Assembly (NCBI RefSeq): GCF_009914755.1
Contig: NC_060926.1
DNA: 64,000 nt
Strand: one strand, 5' to 3'
DNA from: the human T2T-CHM13v2.0 reference genome, Homo sapiens
Shown here: positions 1 to 15,430 of the stretch, piece after piece
How the letters are laid out: every line of letters begins with the position of its first letter
Numbering within the stretch: position 1 is the first letter of the stretch
Program-made: the position numbers and the translations under genes
The notes under the pieces: model-generated
The model's database searches: none
The model's input: the letters and a program-made list of their open reading frames with translations, nothing else
Told to the model about the DNA's origin: nothing

Positions 1-2592
1 TGCAACTGTCAAACTCGAATTTCCAGTTGATGTAAAATCTGTCTTCCTACTGGAATGTTGACTTGAGGGGACCTTTCATCTCAGATTTCAGACTTGCTTT
101 GTTTCTGTTGGGTCACGTTGCTGTCTTCTCAATACTCGAGTATTCTTGGTGTGGTGGGGAAGTTTTTGAGTTAAATTTGAATAGTTTTAAAATTTAGGTT
201 TGAGTTTAGCAGTATTCTAACGGGGTAAGGCGTCACTTGACATACTGATAAATCTTTTACATTCTATATAGTGGAATTAGACAATTTTCTGAACCTTCCG
301 TCCCAACCTTCCATCCCTTACCCTGGTTCTTGCTACTTTGTTGTTTAGATCATGGTCTGTTAGCGGAAATATGACTCCATGTGGTCCATGATATGGGCAC
401 CTTACAAGTTATTCTAAATAATGGCACTTAGGTTCAAAGGGCTTGTTAATAATAGTGCCATTGAGGAAAATCATTTGGGCCATCACCCCCTTCTCATGTT
501 GAAAATAGCGTTAAGTGTTCAAGAGTGTGATCGGTGAAACACAGCTTAATTCAGCTCTACAGGTGTGAGTATTTAGCCCTGGAAAGGAAGGAATGATTAT
601 TGCAGGGTTAGAAGGTTCAGGAGAACAGTGCCTCCCTCCTAGTCACAGTTCTGCAGGGCTGGCGTGTGAGCCCTTACTTAGAGGTTTACTTATAGGAAGT
701 TTGAGACTGAGCCAGAACCTTTCTGGGTCTCTTGCACCTGCGGGGGAAGTAGTAGCAGCTGGGGTTTTCTGCTTTAGCACATTGTTAGTTTTACTCCGAC
801 TCCGTTGCTGTTTCCCAGAGTCATTTGCTCTTTCTGAAGACACTGGCCCGTGGGCGTCACTGCCCTTAGTGGAGTTCCTTCCTGGAGGCTCTCCCTGCAG
901 ATTCTGCCTCTGGAAATCAACACGTATTGCCCCTGTGCTCCCCCGGATTACTTGGCTGGAGTCCTCTTTCCCTCCTGTCACCTGCAGTGGCATTCTTCTT
1001 CCAGCCTGTGGGATGTTGCTTTATGCTGGACAGAGCTGGATTCTGTCTTGGCTCTGCTGGTGCTGAAAGTTCCCCAGGCCCAGGACCACCATCCACACAC
1101 CTCCGATATCTGGTGAAGCACCAGGCATCGTAGGCATTGCTGAGTATTTGGGTGACTGACTTCTGAGCATGAAGGCAGGGAGGGTCCCCTCTGTCTGGAT
1201 GGTACCCCACCCTTCGCCCCTAGGCACCTTGGCCAGACCCTCCTCATTCTTCAAGATTCAGCAGCCCTTGCCTTCTGTGAGGAGTGAGTTAGGTTTCATC
1301 TGTGCCCAGCTGTGCTGTGTGCTTTGCAAATGAACTGGAACAGTCTGTCTGTGAAGGGGATGTCAGAAATTCAAGGATGGGGGACAGCTGTCATCAAAGC
1401 AGGCCACACCAATCTGGGCTGTTCTGCTAGAATTCAGTTGATTTCTTATTTTGTGTGACTGTTGTTCATCCGAGCCCAAGGTAGAGCTGCAGGAACCCCA
1501 TGTCTGAGTGTCCAGCAGGCCCGCAGGCCCTCGGGTGCCACCTGATGGGGCCATCCTGCCTTTTCAGGTCCTTGATTATATCCCACAAAGAGAAATAGAT
1601 GGCTTAAAAGTCTTTTTCAGAGGCAGAAGGGACAAGAAAAGTGGAAGTGTAGTCTGGAAGTAGCCAGGTTTTAAGTTAACCAGGTTACACTCTTGGTGGT
1701 TCCTGGCGTCCTATCAAGAGAAGGAATTATGGCCCCAGAGCTGTGCCTGGGACCCGCATGTCTGTCACAGATCTCTGCTGGGAAGCCAGGCTGTGGCCCT
1801 TCCAAGGTGAATGGTGGTTTCCATCCAGGGTTCAGGTTTCTTAGCAGCTAGTGGTGACGGTCAGGGTGTGAGTGTGGGGACGTGGCTGGCGTGGTGACGG
1901 GTGTGTGGGGGCATCATTGGGAGTGATGGCGATGGCTTGTCTTCTCACCGGCCGGTTTGGAGTCCAGAACCACATGAATGACCTCAGGGTGGGTCAGAAC
2001 AAGGAGCTGTCAGTCTGAGACCTCTCAGTGTGCTCTTTCTTGGCTAGCAAGTTACTTTACCTTGGTAGTCATTAGTTTCTTCTTTGACTAAATGAAAAGG
2101 TTTTTATCTAGATGCTGCTGTGCATCTTGAAGCATGTTAAAAGAAGGTTAAGGAAAACCAGTTTGTGGAAGCTGACTGAGCAGGCGGCTCACTGGCCGTA
2201 TTCAGCTCTCCACCCGTAGGGACCTGCTGTGGCAGCCATAAAACTGTGCAGAGGTGAACCACTTCAGCAGAAAGATGCTTCCCCACAGAGATCTGGGAGC
2301 CTTTGACTGTTGAACAGGGAAAAATTCCCCATGCTTTTAGGATCGTGGTGTAAGACCCCACTGTGGAGAGATGCTTTCTATGCTGCAACACAGACCAGGG
2401 AGGTGACGGGCAGTGGCTTTGGGACACCATCAACTCCAAGGAGATGGCCTAGCTGCTTGAGGCCCACGTCCAGAGTTACACACTTTATTCTTCTGATTCT
2501 TGAAGGCTTTAAGAAATCTCTTTAGCAAGTCTCTACTTCTTTTTAAATTTTACTCTTTCCTCCTATCACCTGAATAAAACTCCAGGCAGTAA

Positions 2593-3047
<455 letters not shown>

Positions 3048-3585
3048 TGAGTCCTTTCTACTGTGGGGTTGGTCTTATTTCCCCTTGCTCCCGTGAGAAG
3101 CTGAATTTGCAAATGCCAGGGTGAACTTGGTAATGGAGGCAACAGGCAGATGCTTGGTGTCTGTGCGTTGAACAGAAAAGAGCCCGGTGAAATTCCACGC
3201 CTGTTTGTGTTTAGCACACGGTTCCTGAATTATTTCATGAGAATGCAGGTATAGCGGTGACAGCTACAATATTTGTTAGCCAAGCTGCGGACAGAGGGTT
3301 GGCCTCAGGCTGCTGTTTCTGCCCCAGGGTCGTGAGAAATAGCTGTGTCCATTTTAAAGCAAGAAAACAAATGGCACGATTGCTCTGCTGTTCCTGTCCT
3401 AGGGCAGAGAGCTAAGTCAAGCACTCAGTGGACTGCGTCTCGTCTCCCTTGGACTGGTAGTGACAGGGCTGCCCTGCACGCCACACTGCTCTCCTGTTCC
3501 TGTAGTGTCGCTCATGTAAAATGCACTGCAGGCTGGTGCTGCTGAATCGGCTCACTTTCTCCCATTTCCTTCTCCTCCACTTTCA

Positions 3586-3953
<368 letters not shown>

Positions 3954-4095
3954 TTATCTGGAATTCAAAAACCCCAAAGCACTGATTTTTGCAGCCCACT
4001 CATTTGGCAGCAGAACCTGAGTTATCTGCTCATGTGAGAGTGCACCTTTCATTACAAAAGTACCCATGCGTTTGACTAGGGGTGCTCTGGGACGT

Positions 4096-4232
4096 GGGTT
4101 AGCCAACTCAGGCCACTGCCCCGTTTTTGAACATAAAGGGTTATTGGAACACAGCCATAGCCTTTCGCTTATATTGCCTTTGGCTGTGTTTGTACCTGGT
4201 CCTTACAGAAAAAGCATCTGTACCCCTGCTCT
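4096..4232. mobile_element. MER58A-like hAT-Charlie fragment
   Basis: ATAAAGGGTTATTGGAACACAGCCA and CCTGGTCCTTACAGAAAAAG...ACCCCTG resemble MER58. Confidence 0.7.
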
Positions 4233-5923
4233 GGAGCGGACCTGCCCTGCTTTGCTTGCAAGGTGGTCCGAGCCTGGGTGGAAAGCACTGCAGGGCAGCT
4301 TGTGCAGAAACTGGGACCTGCTCTCCTTGTAGAGACACAACCCCAGGGTACTTGGAGCTCATGCTAATGACTAAATCATTCAAGCCTTCTTCTTCCTGGA
4401 TTTTATACCTCCTAGTTCTTTGAGGACAGTTTGCCACGTTCAGCAGGATTTTCCAGACCTTTTATTTCTAAGGAATACAAACTAGAAGGGCCTGGTTTCT
4501 GTAGGTGACAAAGCTGGGGGGAACGTGGAGGACAGGGATGACTGGAGAGAGCTGGCGAGTGCAGCCTGCTGGGATGCCAGCTCTCACCTGGGAAGGTCAG
4601 CGTGCAGGGTTGCAGACTGCTTAAGCCTCCTCCTGTCAGAGGACCCCAGAGAGCTCCCCCAGCTACTTGGAGAGATGCTGTTGAGGTTGGGAGGCAATGC
4701 AGGGTGTTCATCAGCCAGCATGAGACCCTCGCTTCCAGCCTGTGCCTTTAGCCCAGCCTTGCTGTTCTAGATGGTGTTGGCAGCCTTTTTCACGTACAGA
4801 GTTGCATTGCTCCTCCGTCTTCCGCGTGCCTGTGGGCAGCTTTTGTTCCTTTGGATTACTTTTGTTTCTTTAAAACTCCTTGGCACCATCTAATTTTTTA
4901 AAAATGAGCCTAATACTGTTCACGTTTTAGCACCTGGCAAATGTATTGATACTTTACGAGCATTCACATGCGTTTAAGAGTGCTCTTAGCAGTTCGCGTT
5001 CTATATAGAACTGTTTACACCTCTCAGGATTCTTACTCTAACAAACAGGTATAGACAACATCCTAGTTGCATCTCACCGCGGCCTAACATCCCCGGGAGC
5101 ATGGGGATTAGTGGAGTGAGTGGGAGGACTCGCCCTGCGCAGGTGGAGGGTGATGAGAGGCTGGGGACGTTTTCGGATGACCACAGGTGTGAAGCTGTCT
5201 TCAGTGGTGGGGGAACCACCTGGGCCTTGGGCCTTGGCTCTGGTAGTCTCACATAACTCTTTGGTGTCTGCAGCTGTATAATATGATGGATGTCCTTGTA
5301 TTGTACATTTTTAGGAAGGACGGGTAGGGTTGCTGCTTCAGAGATCAAGTGGCATGTCCACATCTGGAGTAGACCCTGAGTGGGGCAGAACCATCATCCT
5401 GCGTGCAGCCTGCACACTCCCAGCACCCGTGGCAGTCTTAGCAGGTGGATTATCACCGAGCACACAGGCAGCCCGAGGCACCTCCTCGTCACAGTGTTCT
5501 CCGCAGCCCTGACTGGCGAGGAGGGCACGTCCCCACGTTCATGCCCTGTACTAGGGTCCCCTCTGGCACTCTTTCTCTGGGGCTCTGTGTTCCCTTTGCC
5601 TTTTGAGCTCTTCATAAAATCACTGCCAGTGACTTCTCATAGCTGTTCGTCATTGGGAGTCACTGAGCATGCACACGGGCTGTCAGGTCCTGGTCCCAGC
5701 TCTGCCTTCCTCTCCTCAAATGCCATTCACAGCAGTGTCAGTGCCTGCCCAGAGTGTGCTAGAATGCCAGTTCTTGGGCCCCACCCCACACCTGCGACTC
5801 CAGACTCAGAGTTGATGAGGGTCTGCAGGCGTCGGTCTGGGAGCCACAGACAGGTGTGTTTGCCGCAGAGGTGCCGAGGGCCCAGCAGGACTGTAGCACA
5901 GGATCAGCACCATCCACACCTGA

Positions 5924-6328
<405 letters not shown>

Positions 6329-6565
6329 TAGATAGTGTTTCTTAAGAGTGAGTTTGCTTCTGAGGAAGAGAAGTGGGGGGTCGGGGGCATCCCACCTCCC
6401 TGGCCACCTCCAGTGGTGTGAGTTGGTTGCTTGATGTCATCTGAGGTGGGGCCACCCGGGAAAGGTCTTCATGTCTCACTTGTATGCCTTCTTGGATCAG
6501 GATTTCCAGGCCTCTGCATCTCTTGAGTTGATTCTGAAAGGGTGAGGAGAGAGGGGCTAGACAGA

Positions 6566-6853
6566 TTTTTTTTTTTGAGACAAGGTCTCACTCTGTCACT
6601 CAGGTTGGAGTGCAGTGGCTTGATCATAGCTCACTGCAGCCTCAACCTCCCCAGGCTCAGGTCGTCCTCCCAGCTCAGCCTCCCAAGTAGCTGGGACTAC
6701 AGGTGCGCAGCACCACACCTGGCTGATTTTTTTTGTAGAGACGGGTCGTCCAGTGATACTCAGATTGGTCTCTAACTCCTGGGCTCAAGGGATACACCTA
6801 CCTCAGCCTCCCAAAGTGCTGGGATTATAGGCATCAACTACCATTGCCAGCCT
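6566..6853 (-). mobile_element. AluJ
   Basis: Antisense dimer with J-type TCATAGCTCACTGCAGCCTCAACCTCC. Confidence 0.9.
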
Positions 6854-7284
6854 GAGCTGCATGCATTCTAAGGACACTTTGTGAGACTAATTAAAACGTT
6901 TTTCTTTCCAAGGCACGTGGCAGGTGGGTGCTGTTTCTTTCCTGCAGGATGTTTGCTGAGCATTTGTGAGTGGAGCATCTTTAGGGAAAGCAGGACAAAC
7001 CCTAAAAGACTTTCTCTGAATGTTACCTTTGCTCTTCACCTTGACTGGTAGATCCTGAAGGCGTAGAAAGAGGGTCCTCTGGAGAACACAAACTGAGCGT
7101 TGCTGGGCCTCAGGAGCTTCTAGTGATGCTGGAGGCGGCCACTGCTGTCTTTCAGCTGTGAGGAGCCAGGAGGGCGATCCCAGCTTTCTCCTGGTTAATT
7201 TTACCGTCTTTTAAAAAGGAAGTTCACAAGATTTCTTGAAAGAACTCTAGTTGGAGTTGTAGAGCTAATGTTTTTTTCTCTGGT

Positions 7285-7302
7285 CCCTGCCACCTGCTGG
7301 AA
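7285..7302 (-). promoter_or_regulatory. CTCF motif candidate
   Basis: Minus strand CCAGCAGGTGGCAGG closely matches CCASYAGRKGGCRSY. Confidence 0.55.
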
Positions 7303-7447
7303 GGAGCCTGCAGGGAACTGTTTGTTGTGTGCTTGGCTGTTCAGTGCCCCATAACTGGCCGCGGTACTGCCACCCGCTGGAAGGGGCCTGCAGGGAAGTG
7401 TTTGTTGTGTGCTTGGTGTTCATTGCCCCGTAACTCTGGCCGCGGTA
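7287..7447. repeat. Two-copy ~80-bp tandem duplication
   Basis: CTGCCACC(T/C)GCTGGAAGG(A/G)GCCTGCAGGGAA...TGGCCGCGGTA starting at 7287 and 7367. Confidence 0.95.
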
Positions 7448-8339
7448 GTCTGGACAGGGCTTCTGAGAACCACCTGCAGTTCTGCTTATTGCTGGTGTTG
7501 AGAAATACAGTTTCTGCAGGAAAGAGAGAGACATTGGTGCCAAGAAATCCTATCGGGGACATTTAATAACTGGAAGTAGCTTAGGAAGCCAGGTTTGGAG
7601 TGCTGCCTTGGTGTCGTTATAATGCAAGTGGGATTTCATTATGTGTTTAAGGCTTGGCATTGTTGGAGGTCAGGAAGACCAACTAAGTCAAGTAGAGCCA
7701 TTGGCTGCTTGAGTGCAGTGCAGAGCACTGGGAAATGGACTTCCTGGGAAGTGTGGGATTTTTTCTGCTACTCCTTCATTCACACCTGGATTCAGTTGCC
7801 CTCATGAGCTCACCCGCAATGTGTGTAGGGGGATGCTGCTCCCATTGGCCAGGCACTGGGGATGCGGCGTATGGGCAGGTGCACACACACCTGGCAGAGG
7901 TTTGGAGCTGGGTTGTGGGTGAGGGATGCAGAGAGGCTTAACCCAGAGAATGGAGGAAAAGGAGACCAGGAGAGTTCAGAGAGGTGAAGAGTGAGGAGAG
8001 AGCAGTGGCCAAAGTGGAGAGAGTTGAGTTTCAGAAAGCCAGCTGCAGAATGCAGTGCCTGACAGAGTGTGATGGGCCCCATCTCTCTCTGCTGAGCCGG
8101 GTTCTGACTCTGCAGAGCATTGGAGGCCTTGTTGTGGGCTCAAGGAGTGCAGAGAGGCAGCGCCTGCCTTGGTCGTAACTTCTCACACACATACATCCAC
8201 ACATGTGCATCTGATTGTGTGTGTGACACAGTGAAGGGTATGGGGACAGCCACATCTGGGTTTCAGTTTTCAGTCAGCTCCCTAGCTGGGTGGTTCCTCT
8301 GAGCCTCTGCTTTATTTCATCTGCAAGTAGCATTAATAC

Positions 8340-8700
8340 TATAACTGAATATACAGTCAGCTACTCACCACTCGAAAGCCAGACTTGAGAGACAAGGGTT
8401 GGTGGGAGAAACAGCAGGTATATTTGAAAACCAAGAAGATGGTGAACTAACATTCTCAAGTACTGTCTTAAGTCAGTACAGATTTTAGGCTTTTTATATT
8501 AAGGGCTGGGGGAAGAGGAGGGGGTTGAGATCAAGAGATGACCAACGACTGGACATCTGGGAGGCAGTGGGGGTCAGAGGAAGTTGGGTTTTTTTTTGTC
8601 TTGGTCAGGTCACGATGTTCCTGTGAATTTTTAATAAAACATAGTTGTTTACATACTTCTCCTTTAATCCCACAGCTAGTTTTAAAAACTACATGATTGT
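8340..8700 (-). mobile_element. ERV1-type LTR fragment inserted in a MIR
   Basis: TAACTGAATATACAGTCAGCTACTCACC and GGTCAGGTCACGATGTTCCTGT resemble MER31/MER67-class LTRs; MIR-like sequence on both sides (8250-8340, 8700-8790). Confidence 0.5.
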
Positions 8701-9807
8701 GTTGCTAGGATTAGTTAAGAACTGATTTGAGGTCACTAGCACATGGTGAGTAGTTAGTAAACAATTGCTTCTGCTAGAATCATCATTGTCAATATTAAGA
8801 AGGCGAGTCCACGCATCTCTCTGGCCTGTTGGCTCACATTTGGGGGTGTGGCATTTGTGCGTGAAGTGGAGCCTGGTCCCTGGTGACCCAGGTACAGTTT
8901 ACGTCTGGAGCCAGCATTTGGAAAGTTGCCTCCAGGGCCCTGGATTTGGAGGGAGCCAACTGCCAGAGTCTCAAGCAGGTGAGGGTGGGGTGCAGGAGAG
9001 GAGCGTTCAGGGCACCTCTGAGCACATGTGACATTCGTAAGTGGCACTCCTCATGCTGAGCAACTGACGTCGTATTTCCACCCGACAATGGCTTGATTCA
9101 CTTGATAAGTGAAAGGAACTTCCACGTAAGGATCCCGAAGCACGGTTGCCTCCGCCTCCCACCCCACCCCGTGGTGCGGCGTGTGCCAAGACCAGCCCTC
9201 TGAGGTCAGCCCTCCTGGACCCCTTACTGGGTGGACAAAGGTTTTCTGTGTGACTCACCTCTGGCCAGAAATTTAGGGAAGCTTATTTGTAACTAATACC
9301 ACCCAGTCACTGCAGGAGACCTGCTGAAGGGCTCTGGGGAAAGTGATCTTCAAAAATAGAAAGGTTGAGTGAAGGTAGGACTTTTGGGAGAAGCAGAAGG
9401 AGCCTATAAGACAGCACATTAATTTGGCAGGTAATTAGGAACTCTGATCTTGAGCATCTCATTTTAATTAGCGTGGTCCAGCCTGCCTTACGGTGCTCAC
9501 GCTGAAGCAGAGAGTGGCCTGCTTAGCTGCTCCGCACCATTTATTTGGGTTTCTTATTTGGGAAGTTTGCATGTGACTGGGCCAAGTGACATTTGTTTTG
9601 AGGTCCCTCCCAGGGCCCAGGGGTGAGCTCTTGACAACCCCAGAGTAGAGATGGGGCACCTGTGCCCGGGCATTGATTTCCTGGGAAGGAAAGAAAACGC
9701 CAGGCCATGCTGCTGTGTTACAGCCCTTTAATCAGAAGCCCCTGCTGCATGTGGGCCTGCTGTTCCCAGTGCCTTTCAGGAAACCACCAGAAGGGCTCCA
9801 GCTTTAG

Positions 9808-10223
<416 letters not shown>

Positions 10224-12799
10224 AGAATTGTTTCTTGAGTTTTTCAAACAATGCTTTCTCTCCAGCCAGTTCAATTGTAGAGGGTCCTGGAGAGGAGGTG
10301 GAGCAGTTGCCTTCTCAGCATCGTGGGGTGGGGCTGGGATGAGGAGAGCGCGGCCGCCAGGGTCAGCCTGGATGCTCCTAGGCAGAGGCACAGGGGTTGC
10401 TGATTCTTCTTTCCAGATGGATGTTTCTAAAGTCTTTCTTAAAGGAGCCAGAGGCTTGCCCGCCCTGCAGTGCCATCCTTCTTGCCGCTCCCACCCACTT
10501 CTGTGATGCACAGAACCTGCCGCCCTGCCCTGTCTCTTTGTGTTCGTTGGTCTCCATTTCTAGTGTCTGAGTAAAGGCAGTCCCCAGTCCAGTCTGCAAA
10601 GCCTGGCCACTTGCACAGGAAGATGCTCATAGATGGCTGGTTCCTGCCAGTGACACACGTGGACCTCAAGCAGGTGGATGGGTGGAGCTCAGGGAATAGG
10701 CATGTGGGGCACACTCTCCAGGCACATCCAGGGCTGGACTGGGGCCGGCATGGGGGTCACTGGCTGCAAGCGAAGGCAGCTTATGTCATGTTCCCTCTGC
10801 CACCGCCAGCTGTCCTGCAGCAGGAAGAGGTAGTCATGTTTGGAGGCCGGGCTGTGCATGAGCTATGCAGGCCTTGGGGTCTTTTCATCAGATTCCTTTT
10901 GGCAGAATATAAGGAAGTTGGCCCAAACCACATTTTTGAACTTCTGCTTTGGCCTTGTCAGTCTCCTTCTGTGATTCAGACCGTAGTGAAGCCCTGGTTG
11001 GCTGAAGTGCTCAGGAGAGGAGACTTTGGGGGTCATCACTCATTTCTGAGTTACAGAAGTTAAATAGTGACTTGGTTCGGGGTCATGCCATGTGTGTGAG
11101 GCCTGAGTTTGCAGGTTTGTGCAGGGCATTGATTGGTTGGTTGGTTGATTGGCTGAGGAATATTTGGGGCACCTGCTCTGGGCCATGTACACAATGAGGC
11201 AAAGCAATACTTAGACCTCAAAAACAAAGCGATGTAGACCTATCTGCTGTGTCCTTGTGTTTCTGCCTGTGGGGCACGTGGGACATGTGAGGGAGAAACA
11301 GCATCCTGCAGGAGAGCAATGCCTCCAGCTTGGCTTCTGGAAGCCTCCAGAAGGATGGACGGGGGCACTGAGACCTGAAGAAGGGTTGTGCATGTGGGAG
11401 GGAGCCAGCCTGGTGGACCGTGGCCTGCACACCTGCAGCAGCTCCTCAGAGCTGCCCCCTCATGCCTTGGCCAATCACAGAGCACCCTTTCTGTCCAGGC
11501 CACTGATCAGCCCCCAGGTCCAGGTCCAAGAACAAGCCTGTGACCCCCTGGGTCCCCTTTGTCCTTGGCCTATACCTGCCTTCTGCATTCTGGGGCTACC
11601 CTTTGCTCCAGTGGCTACAGAAGAGAGAGGAGGGACACTGACCCCAAGGCCCAGGCCAGTCTCGTCCAGGCTGCCCACACCTAGGTCTTCAGGATGGGAC
11701 AAGGCAGTCTTGGGGGACTTTGGGGTGACACAAACCAGAGAAGGGCTTCAGCAGAGGGCCATGAGTGCCTAACCGTTTACCTGTTTTCTGCTCTGACCAG
11801 GCACCTTGGGGGAGGGAAGGCATCAGGAGCCTTCTGCTGAGTTCAGTGGAAGGTGGTCTTCCTTTCCAATACTCTGGTTCCCTCTCTCCCCTATGTGCAA
11901 GTAAATAACATGCTACTATATGTAAATTAACACAAATGAATGTAAGATAGTTATATGTGTCTACTGCCTTAGAAAGTACAGTAAGATGAATATTAAACTT
12001 TTCAGACTGTAAGATCGTGAATCTGAAAGTCGTTGCTTATTGTATATTTGAGAAGTGGCACTTATTTACCCTGGAGTGAATGTGTTACTGGAAGTGTCTT
12101 GGCTAAATTCCTGACCTAAGCTTGTGTGGTCTTTTGCTCTTCATTGGCAATGTAGAAGTCAAGTTTGAACTGAGGGCTGTCTTATTTTAAATCCAGGTTT
12201 GATCATTTTCTGAGGATATAGCGTTTAGTGCACACCTCTTTTGTGCAACTCAGGGCTTTCTGGAGGTTGGGGGGCGGATCCCGAAGGCAGACTTGGCCTT
12301 CCCAGCTGGCGCGGGACTGGGGACTTAGGGGACTGGGTCCTGGGGTGAGCTCTGGAGCCCGTGGGTCTGGTTGTCTTGCTGACCTGGTCTGCCTCCTGCT
12401 TGCTTCCATAGCAGAGCCTGTGGGACGTGAACCACCATTCATGATCCTGGGAGGTGAAGCCCTGGGAACTGCCACTTGGAATGAGAGGGGAAGGCTGGAA
12501 CTGAGCTGGGCTGGCCATGGGGATGCTCAGAGCCCGGCTCTTTCATGGGATCACAGTTTGTTCACCTTGGAAGCTGTTGCTCACCGCGTGTTGATTTTAT
12601 TTAAGACTGGAAAGGCTTGTCCATGTATCGCCGTTGGGAAGGGAAATCACTCCGAAGACGGTGATGCTGGGTACAGGCTCTGGAGTCATCTTGATTTGGT
12701 AAAAGGCATGAAGTCTGAGTTCATTCCGAAGATTCTGGCTTTTGAGAACTTATATAAAGAGAACTTATAAAAAATGGAAAATGAGAAACGATGATGTCA

Positions 12800-13000
12800 G
12801 TGAACATTTATTGGCCTTTTTTTCTGTGCCAATAACTCTCAGTGCTTAACCTGAAGAAGCCCACTTAATCCTTCCAGCATCCTGTCCTAGAACTTTCCCT
12901 GCTGTCTGGATAAGGAAACTGAGGCACAGAGGGTCGAGGAACTTGCTGTGGTACACCCAGACAGCCTGACCCCAGAGTGGGCACTTCAGGTCCCGCTCCA
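12800..13000 (-). mobile_element. MIR fragment
   Basis: GATAAGGAAACTGAGGCACAGAGGG MIR core. Confidence 0.75.
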
Positions 13001-14184
13001 TGGCCGTGTGCACCTTCATGGTACGTGCTGGGGTTGTGCCTTATGAAAACAACGGACTTGGCTACATTTCGACAAGGGGAAGTTAGACACTTTAGATTCA
13101 CAGTTAACTGTTGATGCTTAAATGACATTTGAGGAACCTATTGGTGCTTTCTTGAGCCCTGCGCCATGTGAGTGAGGTTTTGTGGTCCTGGACAGGTGAG
13201 CTCCCCTCCAGAGGCTGCCTGTTTGTAAAATAATAGGTTTAGATGAACAAAGTGGTCTTTAGAGGCAGATACACCTGGGGCAGAGTCCATCTGTGAGTGG
13301 GAAGAGTACCAGGCACGGGCTGTGGAGAAGCGGGATGGCGAGTAGGAGGCTGGCGGCCTTCCCTGTGTGGAAGGGGCCTTTCTGTGTGCCTGGCCCCGCA
13401 GGGTATGCAGTACACACGCACATTTATGGGGATTACTCGGTTCCGCATGGGCTGTGTGTAGAGGTGGGTGGGATGCTCAGTGGAGATGGACCAGGCTCTC
13501 CTCCTTGAGTACTGTCACCTCTTCCTTTTCTATTCTGTCACCTCCTTCTCATCACCTCTGTTGTCTGTCCCTGACAGGCTTCTGTGCTTTGGAGACCTCT
13601 GTGTGTCTTTCTTGGTTTTGGTTTCCCTGTCTCCCAGCATCTCTGGGAGATATGTGTATGATTGATTCCAAGAATAAAGTGTGACCAGGAAAACCATGTT
13701 TTGAAATCTGACCTCTCAAGCCCTTGAAAATACTCAGAGCTTTTCCAGAATGTTCTCATGTCTCCATCCACTTCCTTTCCCTTTCTGCTTTAACCCCGCT
13801 ACCCTCCAGTCGTAGCCTTCAGGAGAAATAAAAAGACCCCAGAGAGGCCAGCCTACTTTCCCCCACACTGAGTTCCAGGAAGCTGAGTCTGGTTTTCCCA
13901 TAGGAACAATGTTATGGGATGGGGACTGCATTCCTCACAAAGGACTCTGCCTCGAAATGTGCGATTAGAAAGATGCACCCGCTTTCAGCCGCAGCAACTT
14001 ACAATAATGCCGTTATGCCCTCAGCCATAAACACATTGTGCAAATTGATTTCTTGAGGAGCCCCAAGGTACTGTGGGTAGAAGGAGAGCACATACACATG
14101 TGAGTGCTGTGAAATCATTACCATAGCCTCAGACATGTCTGTTCTTAATAAGGAAAAAAAAAGTTCATTACACGTCATTGAAGA

Positions 14185-14482
14185 TTTTTTTTTTTAGATA
14201 GGGTCTCGCTGTGTGTCCTAGGCCGGAGTACGGTGGTGTGATCTCTGCTCACTGCAGCCTTCGCCTCCCAGGCTCAAGAAATTCTCCCACCTCAGCCTCC
14301 TAGGTAGCTGAGACTACAGGCATGCGCCACTACACCCGACTAATATTTTGTATTCGTGTGTGTGTAGGTGGGGTCTTGCCATGTTGCCCAGGCTGGTCTT
14401 GAACTCCTGGGCTTAAGTGATCCTCGCACCTCAGCTTCCCAAAGTGCTGGGATTATAGGCCTGAGCTGCCACCACAGTTGGC
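14185..14482 (-). mobile_element. AluJ
   Basis: Antisense dimer; TSD TTGAAGATTTTTT. Confidence 0.92.
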
Positions 14483-14899
14483 TTGAAGATTTTTTAGAAA
14501 CTTGCCAGCTTAGTCTTTATAAAAATACGATGAAGGGGTGATTTGGGTGTCCCAAGACTGTTTGGAAGGTTGTTCTGACAAGCAAGTGCTGATGTTTTGT
14601 ACTTGATCGGCTTCTCTGTGGCAAGCCAGAGGCGTCTGTGATGAGCGCCTGCAGACGCTGGTGGGTGCTTGCCGTGTGCCAGTGATTGATTGACGTTAGT
14701 GTCGGTATCTCTCATTGCGAACATTCTTCTCTAAGGTTGAAAATCAGTTTTTCATTATGTAAATAATGTGTACTCAGTGTAGAAAAAATTAGCACAGGAA
14801 ATAGAAAGCTAAAGGATATCCCTCATGATCCCTCATCCAGATCCCCAGACGTGACCACTGTTATGTGGTTATATGTTACGTTATAGCCTCCCAGAAATT

Positions 14900-15430
14900 T
14901 TCTATACCCCTGAAATTTAACATTTTGGTGGGTATGATGTGGTATCTCAACTGTGGTTTTGATTTGCATTTCCCTGGTGACTAATGGTGTTGACCTTTTT
15001 TTTTTTAAATATGCTTATCTTAAAGCATATTTATATATTTGTATATCTTAGGAGAAATACCTATTCAAATCTTTTGACTGTTTTTAAATTGAGTCTTTTT
15101 ATTGTTGAGTGGTTGGAGTTATTTATGGATTCTGGATACTAGACACTTATTAGATATATGATTTGCAAATATATTCTTTTTTTCTGTGGTTTGTCCATTA
15201 ATGTTCTTGATATTCTTTGAGGTACTAAAGCTTTTAATTTTAATGAAATCTAATTTACCTGTTTTTTCTTTGATTATTTGGACTTTGGTGTCATATTTAA
15301 GAAATCGCTGCCTAATCCAAGGTCATGAGGATATACTCCTTGTGTTTTCTTCTAAGAGTTTTCTGATGGTTTCTTTTACGTTTAGGTCTTTGATTTTGAG
15401 TTACTTTTTGTATATGGTGTAAGATGGGGT
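14900..15430 (-). mobile_element. Old L1 (L1M) fragment
   Basis: GTGGTTTTGATTTGCATTTCCCTGGTGACTAATG and TTCTGGATACTAGAC are typical antisense L1M. Confidence 0.85.

Noticed and set aside
420-463. AATGGCACT...AGTGCCATT inverted repeat as a pre-miRNA
   Set aside because: Only a 9-bp stem with a ~25-nt loop; too short
593-1254. Cluster of overlapping ORFs near the window start
   Set aside because: No recognisable protein similarity or paired splice sites; expected by chance at this GC content
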